This document shows, piece after piece, positions 51,155 through 60,217 of a DNA stretch of 64,000 nt (its first letter is position 1; every line of letters begins with the position of its first letter). Location: assembly GCA_017616555.1 (NCBI GenBank), contig JAFZXZ010000032.1, positions 41,099 to 105,098 on the forward strand. Reading direction: 5' to 3'. Under the pieces are notes generated by a model. It saw only the letters and a program-made list of their open reading frames with translations. It made no database searches and was not told where the DNA came from. This DNA comes from a bacterium (GTDB lineage: Bacteria > Auribacterota > UBA3054). The position numbers and the translations under genes are program-made.

Positions 51155-52837
51155 TTATTGGTTAAATCTTTCGATGCGGTATTCGTAGCCCTGCTCCGTC
51201 AGGAACATCTGCCTGTTGAGGGCGAAGTCCTGCTCCATGGAGTTCTGGGTGACGATGGTGTAGAAGTAGGCGCTGTTGGGGCCGGGCTTCGGCCTAAGGA
51301 TGCGGCCTAAGCGCTGGGCCTCCTCCTGGCGGGAGCCGAAAGTACCGGAGATCTGGATGGCGACGTTGGCGTCCGGGAGATCTACGGCGATGTTGCCGAT
51401 CTTGGAGACCATGAGGACGTCTATCTCGCCCCTCTTGAACATACCGTAGTAGCGGTCGCGTTTTTCCTGGGTCGCCGAGCCCGTCAGAAGCGGTATCTTC
51501 AGTTCCTTTGAAAGCTTGGTGAGCTGCCCGATGTACTGGCCGATAATGAGGATGTGCGAGCCTTTGTGGCGTTTCAAAAGCTGCTTCACGACTTCCGTCT
51601 TCAGGGGGTTTTCAGACGCGATCCTGAAACGCACCCTGTCGCTGGCGACAGCGTAGTCGCATTTGCTCTCCTCTGAGAGCGGGATCCTTATTTCCGTGCA
51701 TTTGGCGGCGGCCAGCCACTGCTGGCTCTCCAGTTCCTTCCAGGGAACGTCGTAGCGTTTCGGCCCGACCAGGCTGAAAACTTCGCCTTCCTTGCCGTCT
51801 TCCCTGACAAGCGTGGCGGTGAGCCCTAATCTTCTTCTGGCCTGGATGTCGCTTGTGATCCTGAAGACCGGAGCCGGCAAAAGATGCACTTCGTCGTAGA
51901 TTATAAGGCCCCAGTTGCGTTTGTGGAAGAGCTTGAAATGCGGGAAGTCGTCGCTGCTCTTTTCCGGATGGTAAGTGAGGATCTGGTAGGTGGCAAGCGT
52001 TATCGGCGCGATCCTTTTTACTTGTCCGGAGTATTCCGCGATGTCTTCGGGCGGGATGTCGGTCTTGTCCAAAAGTTCTTCGCGCCACTGACGCAGCGCC
52101 GTTATGTTGGCGGAAAGAACGAGCGTGCAGGTCTGAAGCCTGGCCATGGCGCAGATGCCGATTATTGTTTTGCCTGAACCGCAGGGCATCACCACCACGC
52201 CGCAGCCGCCCTCGACGGAGCCGCCCTTGTAGAAATTCTCCACGGCCAGTTCCTGGTATTTCCTGATGGAAAATCCGCTTTCGCTTTCCGGTTTGAGATG
52301 GAAATGATAGGCGTCGCCCGGCTCGTAGCCTACAAGGTCTTTGACAGGGTAGCCGAACTGAGTCAAGAGCCTTTTGATCTCGCCGCGGTATTTCTTATCG
52401 ACAAGCCAGGAGATATACTGTCCGTAGCCTTGGACGTCATGCGTCAAAAGCTGCGAGATTTTCGGATGCGCCGACACATAGCGGGCGACCGTATCATCGG
52501 TGGAGTAGAGCCTGAGCCAGTCTCCCTCCGCGGGCGCTATGACCATTTTCCCATAGCGCGAGCTGATGTCTTTGATGTTGGCAAGGAGACCTTCCGGAAG
52601 AGGGAACTTGCTGTACTTGTCAAGCAGGACGATCAGTTCGTCAGGCGTCAGACCAGAGGCGATGGCGTTCCACAAGGAGATGTTGCTTATGCGGTAGGTG
52701 TGGATGTGCTCCGGGCTTTTTTCAAGCTCAGCAAAGCGCGCCAGGGCGTCCCGGGCTTCCGGGAAGAGGGGATTGTCGACTTCTAAAAGAACGGTGAGGT
52801 CGCTTTGGACTATGACAGGATTGGCTAAGTTTGGCAT
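51155..52837 (-). CDS. XPB/Ssl2 (ERCC3)-like SF2 DNA helicase
   Basis: Walker A VVMPCGSGKT, motif II IIYDEVHLLP, GLTATLVREDGKE containing the XPB-specific RED motif, motif VI QEEAQRLGRILR. The N-terminal ~150 aa resemble the XPB damage-recognition / helicase-associated domain. Confidence 0.85.
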   Translation of the reverse strand: MPNLANPVIVQSDLTVLLEVDNPLFPEARDALARFAELEKSPEHIHTYRISNISLWNAIASGLTPDELIVLLDKYSKFPLPEGLLANIKDISSRYGKMVIAPAEGDWLRLYSTDDTVARYVSAHPKISQLLTHDVQGYGQYISWLVDKKYRGEIKRLLTQFGYPVKDLVGYEPGDAYHFHLKPESESGFSIRKYQELAVENFYKGGSVEGGCGVVVMPCGSGKTIIGICAMARLQTCTLVLSANITALRQWREELLDKTDIPPEDIAEYSGQVKRIAPITLATYQILTYHPEKSSDDFPHFKLFHKRNWGLIIYDEVHLLPAPVFRITSDIQARRRLGLTATLVREDGKEGEVFSLVGPKRYDVPWKELESQQWLAAAKCTEIRIPLSEESKCDYAVASDRVRFRIASENPLKTEVVKQLLKRHKGSHILIIGQYIGQLTKLSKELKIPLLTGSATQEKRDRYYGMFKRGEIDVLMVSKIGNIAVDLPDANVAIQISGTFGSRQEEAQRLGRILRPKPGPNSAYFYTIVTQNSMEQDFALNRQMFLTEQGYEYRIERFNQ

Positions 52838-52843
52838 TTTGAA

Positions 52844-55024
52844 TTAAAGTTGGAAAGTCTGCAGCACCGCTCTTTTGTCTGTTATTTTCGTCATGGCTTG
52901 GCGCACTTCATTTAGGCTTTCCTCTTTGACCACGAATTGCCCGAGGCCCACCTGCGCGCTGAAATTACGGTACCAGGAGATGTGGCGCTGGAGCTGCTGC
53001 TTCGTCTGCGTCGGGCAGTTCATGAGGACTGTGACATTTCCTCGGCTGTAGAACAGCCCCATGCTGCGCATGATGCGCAGCTTCATGACCATGTCGGTGT
53101 CGGAGGAGAAGAGCCTGGACAACCTTTGATAGAAGATCTTGGGATTTTGGATGGCTGCCAGTTTGTCGTGCGAAAGGAAATAGTGTTCGCGGCCTTTTTC
53201 ATCCGTTGTTTTGTCGGCGATCTCAAGACCGAGCGCTTTTATTCTAAAGTCGTTGGAATGGTTGAAGATCACTTCGTTGTCCCTAGTGACAGTAATGGAA
53301 CCCGTCACAGGAATGGAATAGTCCACGGCGCTGATGCGGTTGGAGTTCATGAGTTTCATGATACTGTCGTCGCTCATGTAGCACAAAAGCATGTTGTCTC
53401 CCATCAGCGAAAAAGCTTTGGGATACTTTTGCAAGAGCCGCTGGGCGTCCTCGGATTTGTCGAAGGCGAAGAAGCAGGCGTCCTTGTGCAGCGTCACCTC
53501 GCCCATTACCCAGTCCCTAAGAGTAGTGAGCACGTTTTCAGGGATCGGCGCGGTGGCGTGCTTTTTCAGGAAATCTATCAGCATGCTGACCGGACGGCCG
53601 AGGGAAGCGGCGTCGCGGATGTTTTTCTGCTTGAGGTAAAAGAGCGAACTGTCATGGGTGGATTTGGGATCCATGTCCATGAAAAGGGAGAGGAAGTAGC
53701 GCACGTAATCCCAGCGCCCGGAATTGATGAGAACGATCTCGAAATCGTTCTTTACGAGAAGCTGGTCCTTGGATGAATCGTAGCTGGGAATGGGCGCGTC
53801 GCAGACGATGGCTTCGCCGAGCTCGGTCAAAGTTACGAATTCCTTGCCTTCAGAGGTTGTGCAGTGATAAGTTATGCCGGGGATGAAGAAACGCTGCTTC
53901 AGTTCGTGGTCGAAGATGTGGCGCATTTCCTCTTTCGTGCATTCTTTGAGCTTGGCGCTTTCCCAACCCCAGATCTTCTTTTTCCCGCCAACGGAATAGC
54001 AGTCTTTAATTTCTCTTTCTATCACCTCAAGGACTTCGTCGACGGAAAGCCAGTGCCCTGCGTACTGCCTCAGAAGGCGGGTGTAGATATGCACCAGGTA
54101 AAGTTCCAGCGAGGCTATTCTGTGTTCGCCTTTCTCGTTGTTCCAGACCGAGGGACAGGTGTTGCGCCATTCCACGTATTTTTTCATCTGGGCGCCGAGA
54201 GGAAGGAGGCGGAATTTGGAAAGGTTCGGTCCGGGAGCAATAACGCCGGAAGAGTCCATGCAGAGGATCCTCGAATCTATGCCGAAGCGCAAAATGTATT
54301 CGAAAAGCAGGTCGCGGTCTTTGACGTTCGCGAAGCGCTTTTCGAGCATGTCGCGGCTGAAGGCGTAGAAGCGGTGAAGGTTGCTGTAGCGCAGGTAGCC
54401 TTTTTCCGCCAGGGAAAGGAAGCTGTCGAGCCAGCGGCACATCTTTCCGGAGAATTCCGGATTGACGTTCTCCGGAAGATCATAGGAAGTTATGTTTTCA
54501 ATGCGCGGTTCCGGCAGGGGAATATCGTCTTTGTCAAAGAAGGGGGCGAGGATTATTTCGCTTTCCAGGTGATTTTCCGTGAAGACGCCGGGAGGCCAGA
54601 GAGTGGGGTCGGTGAAGAAGGCGACGCCGTAATAGTGGAGTTCGGCGATGTGCGAGAGGTCAAGCCCCCTGGTGTAGGCGCCGGCGTGGTACTGTAGTTC
54701 GCAGCATCTCATGATGCAGACGTTTCTCTGGCCAAGGTCTCCCATGGCCAAAGGCGAGGTAGGCTCTTCGGGATTGATCTTGTAGCGCAGCCCTTGGCGG
54801 TGCCTGAGGACGGCAACCAGAGCGTAGGCTTGGGGGGAAAGTTTTTTCAGGACAGCCTGGCGTTTTTCCTTGTCCGCCACGGCTTCCATATAATGGACGC
54901 CGTACATGTTCTCGCCGTCTTCCAGCTGACGCTTCGAAAGCCAGACTTTGAACATCTGCTTAAGGGAATGTCTCTCGTTGGCCTGCTTGAAAAGATGGAT
55001 GATGTCAAGAGAGTCACTTTCCAT
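52844..55024 (-). CDS. Large XPB-associated protein (contains a segment resembling the XPB N-terminal helicase-associated domain)
   Basis: 726 aa, 6 nt upstream of the XPB gene. The segment NIRDAASLGRPVSMLIDFLKKHATAPIPENVLTTLRDWV..GEVTL parallels ISLWNAIASGLTPDELIVLLDKYSKFPLPEGLLANIKDIS..GKMVI in the helicase. I see no catalytic motif. Confidence 0.6.
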   Translation of the reverse strand: MESDSLDIIHLFKQANERHSLKQMFKVWLSKRQLEDGENMYGVHYMEAVADKEKRQAVLKKLSPQAYALVAVLRHRQGLRYKINPEEPTSPLAMGDLGQRNVCIMRCCELQYHAGAYTRGLDLSHIAELHYYGVAFFTDPTLWPPGVFTENHLESEIILAPFFDKDDIPLPEPRIENITSYDLPENVNPEFSGKMCRWLDSFLSLAEKGYLRYSNLHRFYAFSRDMLEKRFANVKDRDLLFEYILRFGIDSRILCMDSSGVIAPGPNLSKFRLLPLGAQMKKYVEWRNTCPSVWNNEKGEHRIASLELYLVHIYTRLLRQYAGHWLSVDEVLEVIEREIKDCYSVGGKKKIWGWESAKLKECTKEEMRHIFDHELKQRFFIPGITYHCTTSEGKEFVTLTELGEAIVCDAPIPSYDSSKDQLLVKNDFEIVLINSGRWDYVRYFLSLFMDMDPKSTHDSSLFYLKQKNIRDAASLGRPVSMLIDFLKKHATAPIPENVLTTLRDWVMGEVTLHKDACFFAFDKSEDAQRLLQKYPKAFSLMGDNMLLCYMSDDSIMKLMNSNRISAVDYSIPVTGSITVTRDNEVIFNHSNDFRIKALGLEIADKTTDEKGREHYFLSHDKLAAIQNPKIFYQRLSRLFSSDTDMVMKLRIMRSMGLFYSRGNVTVLMNCPTQTKQQLQRHISWYRNFSAQVGLGQFVVKEESLNEVRQAMTKITDKRAVLQTFQL

Positions 55025-55223
55025 GGATCACGACCTTGATTGGGATGTTCATGCGGGCGCACTGGCGCTCTATGTCGGGGATGTTTTTCTCCGCCACGAG
55101 CCAGTGGGTGTCGTCGAGCTCGCTGATGATAGCTCTGCTGACGCAGTGGTTCTTTTTCAGTTCCTCGCTCATTTTCGGATCGGGAACCGTCAAGATGTGT
55201 ACATGGTAGTGCAGAACGTTCAT
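55014..55223 (-). CDS. Small hypothetical protein (69 aa), translationally coupled on both sides
   Basis: Its ATG overlaps the upstream methyltransferase stop (ATGA), and its 3' end overlaps the next gene by 11 nt. I recognise no family. Confidence 0.5.
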   Translation of the reverse strand: MNVLHYHVHILTVPDPKMSEELKKNHCVSRAIISELDDTHWLVAEKNIPDIERQCARMNIPIKVVIHGK

Positions 55224-56032
55224 TTTTTTAGGGGGCCTTTCCGCGACCAGAAGACATAATAGGCAATGGCCGAGGCCGCCGTCACGTTCAGGCTTTCAAC
55301 GCTTCCCACTGTCGGGATCGAATAAAGGGGAAGGATCTTCCTTACGCGCTCTGGCAGGCCGTGCGGTTCGTTGCCGGAGACGATAACCTTATTTACACTA
55401 TTATTATAGCACAAATCAAATTCAATTGAAGTTCCCTCGCCCGAAAGCGCGCAGACCCTTTCTTTGTTTTTCTTAAGGTAACTTAGGGTCTCCTCTTCTC
55501 CAAGGTAAAGAAAATTAGAGTCGAGCGCGGAGCCGGCGCTGGCTCTGATGCAGAGGGGATGAAGGTGCGAGACGCAGTTTTTGACCATAAGAAAGTTTTT
55601 GCAGCCAAATGAGGCGGCGCTTCTTATGATCGTGCCTAAGTTGCCGGGATCCTGAAGCTGCCAGAGGCAGGCGACGGGTCCGTCCTCGGGAAGTTCAGAC
55701 GGCTTGGAGAGAGGTTTTGCCGGTTCAACTAGCAGCGCCAATCCTTCGGGATTCTTCAAGACGCTTACCTTTTCAAAACATTCCTTGGTCAGGACATAAA
55801 AGGGAATGGATTGGGAGGAGAATTTTTTCGCAAGTTCAGCGCATTTCGGCGTCGCTTCCTGGGAAAGGAGCACGCCTTTCACGGAGTTTTTTAGTTTCAG
55901 GGCGTAGTCGGCCGCGACTGCTCCTTCGGCGAAGCAGAGACCGTGTTCCGATCTACCGCTCTTTTCCCTGAGGGAAAGCGCCAACTCGATTATCTTGGCG
56001 CGGCGGCTGGTTATAAGCTGCGGTTCTTTCAT
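55220..56032 (-). CDS. SpoU/TrmH-family RNA 2'-O-methyltransferase
   Basis: DPGNLGTIIRSAASFG, VSGNEPHGLP, SVESLNVTAASAIAYY. Confidence 0.85.
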   Translation of the reverse strand: MKEPQLITSRRAKIIELALSLREKSGRSEHGLCFAEGAVAADYALKLKNSVKGVLLSQEATPKCAELAKKFSSQSIPFYVLTKECFEKVSVLKNPEGLALLVEPAKPLSKPSELPEDGPVACLWQLQDPGNLGTIIRSAASFGCKNFLMVKNCVSHLHPLCIRASAGSALDSNFLYLGEEETLSYLKKNKERVCALSGEGTSIEFDLCYNNSVNKVIVSGNEPHGLPERVRKILPLYSIPTVGSVESLNVTAASAIAYYVFWSRKGPLKK

Positions 56033-56041
56033 CGTTTTCTC

Positions 56042-57145
56042 CTAGTAGATCACCTGTCTCGGATCGCAGGCTTTTTTCTGCAGTTTCGAGGCGAAGCTTT
56101 TCATTAGCGGGCTGGCGCCTTTGTGGATGTGGACGAGGGCGTAGCGGCGCAGAGCCTCGTCGCGTTCGCCCCTTTGGTCGGCGCATTTCCCGAGCATCAG
56201 CTGGGCGGCGGCCTGGATCCTTGGCTTTTTCATTCCCTCTTTGATAGCTATTTCGAACCATTTTTCGGCGCTAATACTGTAGCCAAGGGAAAGGGCGGCT
56301 GCGCCGGAAAGGAAGGCGGCGTCCGGCGTCAGGTCGCGCCAGGCGGCTTTGCTCCGGCAGCGGGCGTAGAAATTCGTTGCCGACGTCAGGGAGCCCTGGT
56401 GGTTGCCGGAACTGAGCTCCGTTCTTATGCTCATAATTTCGACAAAAGGGGAATTGGGATAACGCTTTTTCAAGTATTTCAGATGCCCCGAGGCGCATCT
56501 GGGGTAGCCTTCCCGGCAGTATTCCCAGACGAGGAAGATGCGCATTTCCGTTTCAAAGCGGGGGTTTTTATCAAACTGCTCCTCGATGATCGACAGGCTT
56601 TTGCTTAGGCTTTTCGGTTGCACGATCCAGCCTATGCACATGGGCAGCGGCCAGGGCGCGGTGTCCACGACGCAGTTGTAGGCGGAATTCAGCATGTTGG
56701 CGTCCGCGGCCGTTGCTTCGAATCTTTGCGCCCGCATAATTTGTGTCAGGGCGCGCTTCAGCCAGATCATAGTGTTGGCTGAATGGTCAGACCTTGCCTC
56801 CAAGGAGGCGCGCATAAGGAAACTGACGGCGGAGTAAAGGTAGGTTTCAGGGGAATCGTCTTTCTTAAGAAGCGATAGGCTAAGTTCGCAGCAGTCCTTT
56901 ATCCTCTGGTCGAGAAGCTCTAATTTTGCTTCGTCCTCGCCGTACATGACGATGGAACCGAGAGTGGAAGCCGCCAGGCAGAACAAGGGGGCGATGTCCT
57001 CCGGGGATTTTTTCTGTTCTTTCAAGAAAAGTTTTTCCGCTTCGGAAAAGCGCGCCGAGTAGAGCAGGTCGCGGCCTTTTTCCAAAGCGTCTTCGGCTTG
57101 GCAGGCGGCGGAAAAAAGGAGCAAAATTAAGAACGCCTTCCTCAT
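56042..57145 (-). CDS. Secreted helical-repeat (TPR-like) hypothetical protein
   Basis: Signal peptide MRKAFLILLLFSAACQA, then helical repeat-like composition. A 4-nt overlap with rpoN. Confidence 0.55.
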   Translation of the reverse strand: MRKAFLILLLFSAACQAEDALEKGRDLLYSARFSEAEKLFLKEQKKSPEDIAPLFCLAASTLGSIVMYGEDEAKLELLDQRIKDCCELSLSLLKKDDSPETYLYSAVSFLMRASLEARSDHSANTMIWLKRALTQIMRAQRFEATAADANMLNSAYNCVVDTAPWPLPMCIGWIVQPKSLSKSLSIIEEQFDKNPRFETEMRIFLVWEYCREGYPRCASGHLKYLKKRYPNSPFVEIMSIRTELSSGNHQGSLTSATNFYARCRSKAAWRDLTPDAAFLSGAAALSLGYSISAEKWFEIAIKEGMKKPRIQAAAQLMLGKCADQRGERDEALRRYALVHIHKGASPLMKSFASKLQKKACDPRQVIY

Positions 57146-58665
57146 AACAGCTTCTTCCTCAGCCTGCTTGAGGGAATCCCGAGCGCTTCCCTGTATTTCA
57201 CAACGGTGCGGCGGGCGATAGGGCAGCCCTTTTCCGCCATGATCCTGGCGATCTCGTCGTCGCCGTAGGGTTTCCCTTTGTCTTCGCCCTCAATTATTTC
57301 GCGCAGCAGATTCTTGGCGTCCGCTCCGGAAGTCTCGCTGCCGTTTTCGCTCACAGCCACTCTGCTGAAGAAATCTTTCATTTCCAGGAGCCCCTGCGGG
57401 GTGTCCATGTATTTTTTGGAGATGGCCCTGCTCACGGTGGAGTCGCTCAGATCAAGCTCTTCGGCCAGCTCGTGCATCGTAAGGGGACGCATGTGTCCGG
57501 GGCCGTTCCTGAGAAAGTCTTCCTGATGGGCGACGATGGCCTCGGCAACTCTTAAGATCGTGCGTTTGCAAAACTGCAGCTGAGAAATAAAATTTTTCCC
57601 GGCCTTTATCCTGTCGTTCACGAAAGCTCTGCTTTTAAGGTCTTTCGCGCGCATGGCGTTCACATAGCTTTTTGAGATCCTGACAAAGGGGAAGCGGTCG
57701 TCGTTCATTTCCGTCGTGAAGGAGCCGTCCTCGTTTTCCCTGACTATTACGTCGGCAACGGCGTTCTCAGGTTCGGAATAGGTCAGGTCCCTGCCGGGAC
57801 GGAAATCGAGTTCGCCTATTTTTTCCAAAGCTTCCTTGAGCTCTTCTTTCCCGATTTTCAGGCTGTTCATTATGGCCGGGAAGCGCTGGTGGAGCATGTC
57901 CTCGTAATGGTCGCGGATAATGGAATAGGCATTCGAATCGCCAAGCCCCTTCCTTTCCAACTGCAAAAGGAAACTTTCCCTAAGGTTGGCTGCGCCAAGA
58001 CCTGAAGGTTCGTAGCTTTGGAGAAGTTTTACGGCTTTTTCGACCTTGGCTTTTGGAACGCCCAGCTTTTTCGCCATTTCGTCCGCGCTTTCCGTAAGGA
58101 AGCCCTTTTCGTCAAGGCTGGAGATAAGATAGGTGTAGATCGGCTCGTATTCTTTGGGAAGGTCCAGGGCGAACTGATCCTTAAGGTCGTCGGCAAGAGT
58201 CGAAGGAGCGGAAAGGGAATTCATGACGAAATCGTAGTTTTTCCGCATGGTCTTCTGGTCGGAATAGGCAATGTCTTCGCCGGCTTCCTCGCGGTAATAG
58301 TTCTGCCAGTCTTCGTCCTCTTCATTCAGTTTGTCCAGCGCTTTTTCGCCTTCCTCGCTTTCCGTGTCGAGGCGGTCGGCATATTCGCTTTTCCTGCCCT
58401 CGTTTTCTTTTTCAGTTTCGTCCTGGCTGTCGGGGGAGAAGCGTTTTTCGAACGCTTCGTCCTCGCCGTCGTCTTCCTCGGGATAATACTCCTCAAGGGC
58501 CGGATTGGTGTCCAGCTCCTTTCTTACGGCGGCTTCCAGCTCGGCTCTCTGGGCTTGCAAAAGCAGGAGGGCCTGGCGCTGCTGCTGGCTCAGGCGCTGC
58601 TCTTGGCGGACGTTGAGGTCAAGGGCCAGATCCGGCTTCGGATTATATGAATTCTCGTTAGGCAT
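57142..58665 (-). CDS. rpoN: RNA polymerase sigma-54 factor
   Basis: Gln/Leu-rich region I (LSQQQRQALLLLQ), acidic region II, HTH, and a C-terminal RpoN box ARRTVVKYREALGIP. Confidence 0.92.
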   Translation of the reverse strand: MPNENSYNPKPDLALDLNVRQEQRLSQQQRQALLLLQAQRAELEAAVRKELDTNPALEEYYPEEDDGEDEAFEKRFSPDSQDETEKENEGRKSEYADRLDTESEEGEKALDKLNEEDEDWQNYYREEAGEDIAYSDQKTMRKNYDFVMNSLSAPSTLADDLKDQFALDLPKEYEPIYTYLISSLDEKGFLTESADEMAKKLGVPKAKVEKAVKLLQSYEPSGLGAANLRESFLLQLERKGLGDSNAYSIIRDHYEDMLHQRFPAIMNSLKIGKEELKEALEKIGELDFRPGRDLTYSEPENAVADVIVRENEDGSFTTEMNDDRFPFVRISKSYVNAMRAKDLKSRAFVNDRIKAGKNFISQLQFCKRTILRVAEAIVAHQEDFLRNGPGHMRPLTMHELAEELDLSDSTVSRAISKKYMDTPQGLLEMKDFFSRVAVSENGSETSGADAKNLLREIIEGEDKGKPYGDDEIARIMAEKGCPIARRTVVKYREALGIPSSRLRKKLL

Positions 58666-58847
58666 GAAAATTGCTAGTTCAGTACTTATTGTACCAAAAT
58701 CAAGGCCATAACAAAATTCAAAAGCAGCAGCCGGATGGAAAAATCTTACTTTGTATAGGTCTTTTTATAGAAAAACGCAAAAAGCTGGAAAAATTGACGA
58801 ACTTCTTGGAAAATAAAAGAAAAATGCCCAAAGGAGGAGATGCGCCA

Positions 58848-59501
58848 ATGAACAAAAAGACCGTGATCGTCGTGGACGATTTTCCCGTGGTGGCCCTCGG
58901 CTTGAAAAGCATTCTCGAGGAAGCCGGAGATTTTGAATTTAAAGGATACGCCATAAACGTGTACGCCATGAGGGCGATCCTGAAATACCGGACGCCCGAC
59001 CTTATCATCGTCGATTCCGTTCTTCCCAAGTCGGATCTCAGCGAGACTTTAAAAGAGCTTAAGCAAACAGCTCCTTTCTCACACATTCTTTTGTTCTGTT
59101 CCGCGGATGAGGAGTTCACAAGCGTACTAGGCCTGCGCTGCGGAGTGAAGGGGATAATCTCCAAAAGGGCTTCCAAAGACGAGATAGTGAAAGCCTCGAG
59201 AACGGTCTCCTGCGGCGGGACGTTTCTGTCGGGGACCGCGGCGGAAAAGCTGACAACTTACGTAGTTAAAAACGATATCGGCACGGCGTCCAGAAAAAGG
59301 CCGGTCTTTTCCACGCGGGAATACATGGTGCTAAAAAGACTGACCGGCGGCGACTCGATTGCGAAGATCGCCAAAGACTTCGCCCTCAGTCCGAAGACCG
59401 TGGCGACTTACAGGGAGAGGCTGATGGGGAAAATAGGCGTCAGATCGCTGGCGGGATTGATAAGATACGCGCTGCAGAACGATCTCTTGTCGGACTCTTA
59501 G
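58848..59501 (+). CDS. Orphan NarL/FixJ (LuxR-type) response regulator
   Basis: I moved the start to ATG 58848 (RBS aaaggagga 8 nt upstream). REC domain (VVDDFP, DLIIVDSVLP, GIISKRAS) and a C-terminal LuxR HTH (FSTREYMVLKRLTGGDSIAKIAKDFALSPKTVATYRERLMGKIG). Confidence 0.85.
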   Translation: MNKKTVIVVDDFPVVALGLKSILEEAGDFEFKGYAINVYAMRAILKYRTPDLIIVDSVLPKSDLSETLKELKQTAPFSHILLFCSADEEFTSVLGLRCGVKGIISKRASKDEIVKASRTVSCGGTFLSGTAAEKLTTYVVKNDIGTASRKRPVFSTREYMVLKRLTGGDSIAKIAKDFALSPKTVATYRERLMGKIGVRSLAGLIRYALQNDLLSDS

Positions 59502-60217
59502 GCCATTATGAATTCAAGCATCTCGGGAAGATGCGTGTCCCAGAAGAGCCAGTTGTGACTGCCGGGATATTCCTTGTACTCGTGGTCAATGCCGTGTTCA
59601 GTCAGCCACTTTTCCCACGCCCTGTTGTGCTCCAGAAGAAAATCTTCCGTTCCGCACAGGAATTTTATGCGCGGAGCTCGTTCGCTGGTAAGATCCTTGG
59701 CGATGATCTCAAGCCTGGAAGATTCGTCCCAAAGACGGGCGCTGAATTCCGGCAATTGCAGATATCTTCTCGAATCTACCGCACCACTAAAACTTCCGAT
59801 GGCAGAAAAGAGTTCGGGAAACTTGAGCCCTAACCTGAAGGAGCCGTAGCCGCCCATGGAAAGGCCGCAGATCGTTCTTTGTTCCCTCCCGATCCTAATA
59901 GGCAGATGGCTCTCAAAATAGGGGATCAGTTCTTTTATGAAAAAGCTTTCGTAGTTGCCGCCATGGGAATCCGTCGTGTCGGAATAGAAGGAGCGTCCGC
60001 CGTCGGGCATGACGATGATCAGTTCGGAATTGTATTTTTCCCAATAGCGCTCTATGCTCGTCATGCGCGTCCAGTTGGTGTAATCGTCGGAAAGGCCGTG
60101 CAGGAGATAGAGTATCTTTACGGGTTTGTCTTCTTTGAATTTGTCGGGGATAAGCGCGCGGAAGGCGTAGTTCACGTCGAGAACAGTGCTGAAAAAATGC
60201 CAGTCAACGTTAGCCAT
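59498..60217 (-). CDS. Alpha/beta-hydrolase esterase (esterase D / putative esterase family)
   Basis: YLLHGLSDD, nucleophile elbow GLSMGGYG, C-terminal GSHNW. Confidence 0.75.
   Translation of the reverse strand: MANVDWHFFSTVLDVNYAFRALIPDKFKEDKPVKILYLLHGLSDDYTNWTRMTSIERYWEKYNSELIIVMPDGGRSFYSDTTDSHGGNYESFFIKELIPYFESHLPIRIGREQRTICGLSMGGYGSFRLGLKFPELFSAIGSFSGAVDSRRYLQLPEFSARLWDESSRLEIIAKDLTSERAPRIKFLCGTEDFLLEHNRAWEKWLTEHGIDHEYKEYPGSHNWLFWDTHLPEMLEFIMA

Noticed and set aside
58666-58847. A promoter call in the rpoN / response-regulator divergent region (TTGACG at about 58794).
   Set aside because: There is no acceptable -10 hexamer at 16-18 nt spacing, and the A-rich sequence yields many weak matches.
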